From a virus (lineage: Duplodnaviria; Caudoviricetes), in the IMG/VR virus record IMGVR_UViG_3300008255_000446, positions 1-25,366 of that record: a DNA stretch of 25,366 nt; one strand, 5' to 3'. The notes under the pieces are model-generated. The model saw nothing but the letters and a program-made list of their open reading frames with translations, had not been told where the DNA came from and searched no databases. Numbering within the stretch: position 1 is the first letter of the stretch; each line of letters opens with the position of its first letter. A program made the translations under genes and the position numbers. Of the stretch, positions 1-5,135 are shown piece after piece.

Positions 1-105
1 ACCCCGCCCGCCCTCGCGCGCCTGCTCGCCGTCGCGCCCGTCGTCGCGGCAGTCTGCTACGTCGTCGTGCGCCTGGCGCGCATCGCCTCCGACCTCGGAC
101 GCTAA
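1..105 (+). CDS. 3' end of a small hydrophobic hypothetical protein (partial)
   Basis: Frame 1 is open from the window start to TAA 103-105 (TPPALARLLAVAPVVAAVCYVVVRLARIASDLGR*); the stop abuts the next ATG at 107. Confidence 0.5.
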   Translation, partial: TPPALARLLAVAPVVAAVCYVVVRLARIASDLGR

Positions 106-106
106 G

Positions 107-1021
107 ATGGGAACATTCTCACTCAAGATCGCGGGGGTCGCCGTCGGCCTCACCGTCGACGACTCGGGATGCACGTCCGACAGAGTGCTCGGCGACGCCG
201 TCTATCAGTTCGAGGGCGACCTCGCGCGCCTGCTCGCGCCAATGATCCTCGCAACGTATTCGATCGACTGCTCTCGTGTGTTCGAATCTACCCTCGCCGA
301 TGCGCACAAAGAGCACAACGGCGACGCCTGGGAGCCGGGCGAACCCCTCCGACTTTCGGTCGACGCCGGAACCGCGGCCGTCGCCCTACTGCTCGACCGG
401 GGCGCGCCGTTTGAATACGCCGTCGACATCGCCGAGGGGTCGGCCTACTGGGCGTTTCACGACCTCGCGCACGCCGTCGACGACGTATTAGCCGACTGGG
501 GCGACGGCATCGCCGACTACCCTCCGGTCGGGTCGTGGGCCGAGGATCGGGCGAACCTTGAAGGCGCGCGGCGCGCCGTTCGTGCGGGCCTCACCGTCGA
601 CGAAGTGTTAGGCGCACTCGTCATCCTGCGGGCGCCATTCGCAGAGTGCTTCGACGGGCAGGAATCGACGGCCCTCGACGACCTGCTCGTGGGGGGCCTC
701 GACTTCCTGCCCGACGACGTGCGGCGCAACCTCGACGAAGGGCCGGCGCACGTCGAGGCGCTCGCGCGCGATATGCTCGGCTTGAACCCCGACCTCGACG
801 ACCTCGATGACCTCGCGTGCGAGTACGCCTTCGGCGACGGATTCGCATTGAACCGGCCGGGCCTGCTACTCGCGAGCCTGGCCGAGTACGCCGACGCCGT
901 CGGGCGGGGCGATGCCGTCGACCTTGAGACACGGGCGGAGTTCGCCCTCGCCTCGGCCCTCGCAGCCCGAGTGCGCGACCTCGCCGAGTGCAACGGTACC
1001 GAGCATGAGACGTACGACTGA
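107..1021 (+). CDS. Hypothetical acidic protein, possible zincin (ImmA/IrrE-like) fold
   Basis: 304-aa ORF with GC-rich third positions; contains WAFHDLAH followed by WAEDRAN, resembling HExxH...ExxAN. Confidence 0.7.
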   Translation: MGTFSLKIAGVAVGLTVDDSGCTSDRVLGDAVYQFEGDLARLLAPMILATYSIDCSRVFESTLADAHKEHNGDAWEPGEPLRLSVDAGTAAVALLLDRGAPFEYAVDIAEGSAYWAFHDLAHAVDDVLADWGDGIADYPPVGSWAEDRANLEGARRAVRAGLTVDEVLGALVILRAPFAECFDGQESTALDDLLVGGLDFLPDDVRRNLDEGPAHVEALARDMLGLNPDLDDLDDLACEYAFGDGFALNRPGLLLASLAEYADAVGRGDAVDLETRAEFALASALAARVRDLAECNGTEHETYD

Positions 1022-1039
1022 CCCGAAGGAACCGACACG

Positions 1040-1831
1040 ATGGAACATATCCGAACCCTGCCCAACTCGCGCCCGGACGGGCGCCCCCGTTTCCTGTCGC
1101 CGACGCCCCTCGGGGGCGCCGTCGTCGTGCTACTATTCGACTCGGAGACGGCCTACGTTCATACGGTCGACGCCGACGACTGGGCCGACTTCGACGCCCT
1201 CGGCCTGCCGCGCAAGGTCGAACCCTTGCGGGCGAACGGGGTCGACTACCCCCACGCCTGGGGACACTTCCGCGCCGCGACCGACGGGTCGGGCGACTGG
1301 GCCGTCGACCTCGACGGGGACCGCCCGCGCCTTGACGTGCGCCGCGGGGGCGTACTCGGGTCGGATGCTACCGACTCGGGCCGGCGCAAGGTCGGCGAGG
1401 CGCTCGCGCAGGTCGTGCGCGATGTCGCCCACGAATACCCCGAGGCCCTGACCCAGGCCGCGCGCGCCGCCGTGCTCGCCGACCTCGGCCGGGCCGACGA
1501 AGAGCTCACCGAGGCCGTGCGCACGTTCGGCGATGCGCGTGCGCAGGTCGCCCACGAATACCCCGAGGCCCTAACCCAGGCCGTGCTCGCCGACCTCGGC
1601 CGGGCCGACGAAGAGCTCACCGAGGCCGTGCGCACGTTCGGCGATGCGCGTGCGCAGGTCGTGCGCGAGGTCGCCCGAACCCTGGCGCGCGTCGTCGACC
1701 GGCTCGCCGAGGTCGTGCGAGCACGGCGCGCCGTCGTCGACCCGCCGATCTACCCCGATGGTGGCCTCGCGGCCGTCGTCGAACGCCTGGCCGATGCGCT
1801 CGAACCCTTCGACGATGTCGTCGAGCAGTAG
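1040..1831 (+). CDS. Hypothetical protein with an internal tandem duplication
   Basis: 263-aa ORF with an AAGGA RBS upstream; VAHEYPEALTQA...GDARAQ occurs twice. Confidence 0.75.
   Translation: MEHIRTLPNSRPDGRPRFLSPTPLGGAVVVLLFDSETAYVHTVDADDWADFDALGLPRKVEPLRANGVDYPHAWGHFRAATDGSGDWAVDLDGDRPRLDVRRGGVLGSDATDSGRRKVGEALAQVVRDVAHEYPEALTQAARAAVLADLGRADEELTEAVRTFGDARAQVAHEYPEALTQAVLADLGRADEELTEAVRTFGDARAQVVREVARTLARVVDRLAEVVRARRAVVDPPIYPDGGLAAVVERLADALEPFDDVVEQ
1424..1657 (+). repeat. In-frame tandem duplication (123 nt + 111 nt)
   Basis: Units 1424-1546 and 1547-1657 are identical except CTG/CTA and a 12-nt deletion in unit 2. Confidence 0.95.
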
Positions 1832-1850
1832 CACACGCCGGGGGGTTCCT

Positions 1851-1884
1851 GGGCCCCGGCTCGCCTTCGGGCGGGTCGGGGCCC
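1851..1884 (+). terminator. GC-rich hairpin with a cUUCGg loop, probable terminator
   Basis: GGGCCCCGGCTCGCC-TTCG-GGCGGGTCGGGGCCC (two G-U pairs), 20 nt after the stop at 1831; only a short TT tail. Confidence 0.6.
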
Positions 1885-2031
1885 TTCCGCATTCCGGCCT
1901 GGTGTGTCCGAGGTCGATGTGCATGGGGCGCCAGGAATGCGCATTCTAGGGGGCGGGGCGAGTGATTCGGGCGAAGGCGCGCGCCACGGGCCCCGCGGGT
2001 GCGCCGGCCGGCGCAGGCATCGAGCCTGCCC

Positions 2032-2427
2032 CCTGGCACTAGGTACCCCCCTTACGGCCCGGGGTGGCACGGGGTTCGGCTCCCTACCTCGTGCCAGGAT
2101 GTCGCCGACGGAAGGGCTCAAGAACGGCTATTCTTAGGGGGTGGCACAAGTGACACGGGGTTATAGGGGGGGGTTATAGAATAGAGGTACAGCGTGCCAC
2201 CCGTAGCCACCCCTCCCTGGCCTTGGAAGCAAAACACCCCGGGTCACCTGTGCCACCCCCCCTCCAACGAGCCTAACCCCTGGGCCTGCAGGGGGTTAGC
2301 CTGGCACGCGGTACCCCCTCCGACCATGTGCCACCTAGTGCCTGCACGGGTCACCTCGTGTCGCGTTCCCATGGGGGCGGAAGGGAACGGCCCACACCCA
2401 GGCCCATCCCCCTAGCAAGGGTGGCAG
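2032..2427. repeat. Cluster of iteron-like GGTGGCAC/CCTGGCAC octamers in both orientations
   Basis: GGTGGCAC at 2063 and 2140 (+) and 2194, 2250, 2328 (-); CCTGGCAC at 2032 and 2300 (+) and 2091 (-); variants at 2150, 2203 and 2420. Confidence 0.85.
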
Positions 2428-2450
2428 AGTGTGCCCCCCTTGAGCCCGAG

Positions 2451-2493
2451 GGGTTACAATCGCATGGAAAAGCCTTCCATGCGATTGTAACCC
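2451..2493. repeat. Perfect 19-bp inverted repeat with 5-nt spacer
   Basis: GGGTTACAATCGCATGGAA-AAGCC-TTCCATGCGATTGTAACCC. Confidence 0.95.
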
Positions 2494-2678
2494 ATTGTGC
2501 TACATGGGGTTAGGACGCCTACCAGAATGGCAGACCCCCCCTCCCGGGTGTAGAAAAGTTCGCACCCGTACCCCCGACCCGGCGTCCTTGGCGCTCCCTC
2601 GCGCATCTGCAGCACTTGAGCCCGCCTCTGCGTTTTGCTACATATTACAAGAACCATGCTCCAAACCCTTCATGTAAG

Positions 2679-2708
2679 AACCTAGGTGTTCCGCCCAACA
2701 CCTAGGTT
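2679..2708. promoter_or_regulatory. Perfect 12-6-12 palindrome, candidate recombinase or repressor site
   Basis: AACCTAGGTGTT-CCGCCC-AACACCTAGGTT, ending 23 nt upstream of the -35 at 2732; the repeat is seen directly, the function is inferred. Confidence 0.6.
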
Positions 2709-2731
2709 TTCACAACAGGTCGGCAGACGCC

Positions 2732-2759
2732 TTGACCGAGAGACATCCTAGCGTATACT
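2732..2759 (+). promoter_or_regulatory. Sigma70-type promoter, probably giving a leaderless mRNA
   Basis: TTGACC-N16-TATACT; ATG 2766 lies 6 nt after the -10 with no SD. Confidence 0.7.
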
Positions 2760-2765
2760 GCACCT

Positions 2766-3071
2766 ATGACTGAACAGGAACGAATCAGCCGCGCGCGCCG
2801 CCTCGCCGCGGAGCACGCGCGACTGGCCGCCGTCCACACCGCTCGAGCCGAGCGCTGGGAGGAAGAGCTCCGGTTGCAGCGCGCATGGGAACGGTCGCCC
2901 ACATACCCTGGCCGCCCGCCGCGGCTCACGCCGGACGATGTCCGACACGTTCGATCCCTGACCCCAAAATGGGGCCGGCGAGTCATCGCCGACGAGGCCG
3001 CCCGCCTGGGCCTCCACCCCAACACCCTCTACGCGATCCGAGCGGGCCGCATCTACAGAGACGTCACATGA
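2766..3071 (+). CDS. Small protein with C-terminal HTH-like DNA-binding motif
   Basis: RLTPDDVRHVR...AARLGLHPNTLYAIRAGRIYRDV; ATGA overlap with the recombinase start. Confidence 0.65.
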   Translation: MTEQERISRARRLAAEHARLAAVHTARAERWEEELRLQRAWERSPTYPGRPPRLTPDDVRHVRSLTPKWGRRVIADEAARLGLHPNTLYAIRAGRIYRDVT

Positions 3072-3748
3072 AGACCATCATCTGCTACGTCCGCGTCTCG
3101 ACCGACGAACAGGCCCGCGAGGGCGTCAGCCTCGACGCCCAGGTCGCGAAGGCCCACGCCTGGCGCGACCTCAACGCGCCCGACGCCGAGCTGCTCGTCT
3201 TCCGGGACGAGGGGATCAGCGGCACGCGCACCGACCGCCCCGGCCTCGACGCGGCGCTCGAGGCCGCCGAACAAGCCCAGGAGGTTGTATTCCTGGTCTA
3301 CAGCCTCTCGCGCTTGTCCCGGTCGACCACCCACACGCTCGAGCTCGCCGAGCGGCTCGAGAAGGCCGGCGCCGACCTGGTATCCCTCTCCGAGCGCATC
3401 GACACGACCTCGGCGGCCGGGAAGATGGTCTTCCGGATGCTGGCGGTCCTGGCCGAGTTCGAGCGCGACCAGATCGCCGAGCGCACGCGCGCCGCGATGT
3501 GCCACCTGCGGAACACCGGCCAGCGCTTCTCCCGCTTCAGCCCGTACCCCCAGGAGACCGTCGAGCAGGTGAAGCACCTACGAGCCCGTGGCCTCTCCTA
3601 CCGAGTCATCGGGCGAGAACTTCTCGCCCGAGGCATCCGACCCCAGGAGGGCGGCGACACATGGAGCCCGAAAGTCGTCCGCTCGCTTGCCCTCCGCCAT
3701 GTTGGTGAGCACGCGGGCAGCCTCGGCCGAGCCGAGTCGGCTGGGTGA
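3068..3748 (+). CDS. Small serine recombinase (resolvase/invertase family), 226 aa
   Basis: MKTIICYVRVSTDEQ (catalytic Ser), DEGISG..TDRPGL, SLSRLSR, IDTTSAAGKMVFRMLAVLAEFERDQIAERT, short C-terminal DNA-binding segment; start ATG 3068 overlaps the upstream TGA. Confidence 0.93.
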   Translation: MKTIICYVRVSTDEQAREGVSLDAQVAKAHAWRDLNAPDAELLVFRDEGISGTRTDRPGLDAALEAAEQAQEVVFLVYSLSRLSRSTTHTLELAERLEKAGADLVSLSERIDTTSAAGKMVFRMLAVLAEFERDQIAERTRAAMCHLRNTGQRFSRFSPYPQETVEQVKHLRARGLSYRVIGRELLARGIRPQEGGDTWSPKVVRSLALRHVGEHAGSLGRAESAG

Positions 3749-3770
3749 TGCAGCACTTCGGAATCATCTG

Positions 3771-4193
3771 ATGGACGAGTTCGACATCGACGAGTGCCGT
3801 GCGCTGCTCGCGCACATGAAGATCAGCGTCGACGCCTGGCAGCCGGAGCCCGAGTGGACGCCGCTGCGTGAAGCGTGGCGCGGCGACGATCACACGCTCG
3901 GCAACCGCTGGCAGGAGCGGCAGGTCATCGTCCAGGCGACCGCGCTCTCCGGCCACGCGAACGCGGGCGACGCGGTCAAGGAGCTCGAGGCCGCCGGCTT
4001 CATCGTGCTCGGCTACGTCGAGACCGCGCAGTCGGAGAAGCGGCCGCAGTTCTCCCTGCTCGACATGGAGCGGAACGAGCTCGGCGTCATCGACGTGACC
4101 GTCCAGATCACTTTCGTCGTGTTCCGGCGCACCACCGCCCGAGCCCGGGTTGAGGATCCGAGCCCGCCGGGCGAGAGCACTCCTGCCGGGTGA
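3771..4193 (+). CDS. Hypothetical protein (start uncertain: 3699, 3705 or 3771)
   Basis: Coding-like codon usage from about 3771 in the 3588..4193 frame; followed by hairpins. Confidence 0.6.
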   Translation: MDEFDIDECRALLAHMKISVDAWQPEPEWTPLREAWRGDDHTLGNRWQERQVIVQATALSGHANAGDAVKELEAAGFIVLGYVETAQSEKRPQFSLLDMERNELGVIDVTVQITFVVFRRTTARARVEDPSPPGESTPAG

Positions 4194-4266
4194 CCAGCGC
4201 ATCCGGGAATCGTATCGGATCCCCGCTGGAGGTCGGGGGCCCCAGACTCGCAAGCCTGGGGCCCCC
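4194..4266 (+). terminator. Two tandem hairpins after the ORF, possible terminator or structured RNA
   Basis: CCAGCG..ATCCG/CGGAT..CGCTGG (4194-4229) and perfect GGGGGCCCCAG/CTGGGGCCCCC (4235-4266); no U-tract. Confidence 0.45.
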
Positions 4267-4348
4267 TCGGGCCTTGCACCCGTTCGGATAGATCACCCCC
4301 TGTCGCTGGGCCGCGGGGCGGCGTCCTGATGAGTCTTCAGGCTACCCC

Positions 4349-4386
4349 TTGCGCGCGATCCCATCTACCCCCTACGATGGGATCGC
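4349..4386 (+). promoter_or_regulatory. Putative terS promoter overlapped by an 11-bp inverted repeat
   Basis: TTGCGC-N18-TACGAT; GCGATCCCATC (4355-4365) / GATGGGATCGC (4376-4386); ATG at 4388 has no SD. Confidence 0.55.
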
Positions 4387-4387
4387 C

Positions 4388-4936
4388 ATGGGAGCATACA
4401 AGGCGAAGGGCGAGACCGGCCCCAACGATCGCGGGAACCTCGGCCGTCGATTCGACGCCGAGCGGAAGCGTGCGTTCCTCGACATCCTCGCGTTGACGGG
4501 CCGACCGGCCCAGGCGGCGCAGAAGATCGGCGTCGCGCTGCGCACGGTCGAGTCGCACCGCTCGCGACGCTCGCAGCAGTACGACGAGGAGTTCGCCATC
4601 GCCTACGACGAGTCGATGGAGCTCTACCGCGAGATCCTGCAGGAGGCCATCCACCGCCGCGGCGTCGAGGGCGTGGAGGAGCCGGTCTTCTACAAGGGAC
4701 GTCCGGCGACCGACGCGGAAGGCAATCCGGTCGGAATTCGCAAGTTCTCGGACGCGATGCTCGCGCTGCACGCGAAGCGCCACGACCCGGCGTACCGCGA
4801 CCGCCAGATCATCGAGCAGCACAACACGAACGTCAACGCGGCCCTGGAAGACCTGTCGAAGCTCTCGCCCGAGTCGCGCCGCAAGCTGCGCGAGATCCTG
4901 GAGGACGAGGGTGGAAGCACGTCCGACGTGCCGTGA
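4388..4936 (+). CDS. terS: Terminase small subunit
   Basis: HTH-like AFLDILALTG..AQAAQKIGV, then EAIHRRGVEGVEEPVFYKG...RKFSDAML..HAKRHDPAYRD and DLSKLS; sits upstream of TerL. Confidence 0.8.
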   Translation: MGAYKAKGETGPNDRGNLGRRFDAERKRAFLDILALTGRPAQAAQKIGVALRTVESHRSRRSQQYDEEFAIAYDESMELYREILQEAIHRRGVEGVEEPVFYKGRPATDAEGNPVGIRKFSDAMLALHAKRHDPAYRDRQIIEQHNTNVNAALEDLSKLSPESRRKLREILEDEGGSTSDVP

Positions 4937-5135
4937 ATGCGGGTCTATCGTTGATCCGCGTAGCTGCGTCGTCGTCGACCGGCGCGATGAGGACGTGATG
5001 CCGCAGTCGTGGCCGACGGAGGAGTGCCCCGACTCCCTCGCCGGCCTCTACTGCTGCAACGAGTGTGTGCTCGATGCGTTCAGCCGCGGCTACGCGGCCA
5101 AGGCTTTCGAGCCGGAGGATGATGCCGAATCTTGA
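4911..5135 (+). CDS. Small Cys-rich putative zinc-finger protein
   Basis: CRECG...YCCNEC; overlaps the terS end and terL start; GGAGG upstream of the GTG start. Confidence 0.55.
   Translation: MEARPTCRECGSIVDPRSCVVVDRRDEDVMPQSWPTEECPDSLAGLYCCNECVLDAFSRGYAAKAFEPEDDAES

Noticed and set aside
1424-1657. DGR template/variable repeat pair
   Set aside because: The copies are adjacent, in frame and differ by one substitution plus an indel; there is no adenine-specific pattern and no reverse transcriptase in the window.
2065-2096. tRNA 3' fragment or attP (GGTTCGGCTCCC...CCA)
   Set aside because: The T-loop lacks the conserved A, the acceptor spacing is one nt short and there is no 5' half; it is explained as an inverted pair of the octamer motif.
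2032-2335. Sigma-54 promoters (TGGCAC -24 box) or a CRISPR array
   Set aside because: The copies checked lack TTGC at the -12 position; the repeats are 8 bp, in both orientations and irregularly spaced.
2885-3067. Upstream extensions of track ORFs (2885, 5065, 9286, 9927, 17437, 21241)
   Set aside because: RBS positions, stop/start overlaps and motif boundaries support the later starts 3068, 5122, 9757, 10071, 18025 and 21283.
3068-3748. Large serine integrase or IS607 TnpA
   Set aside because: Only 226 aa with no zinc ribbon or coiled coil; the catalytic domain is N-terminal and no TnpB follows.
4326-4345. Hammerhead ribozyme core CTGATGAG
   Set aside because: No stem II followed by GAAA.
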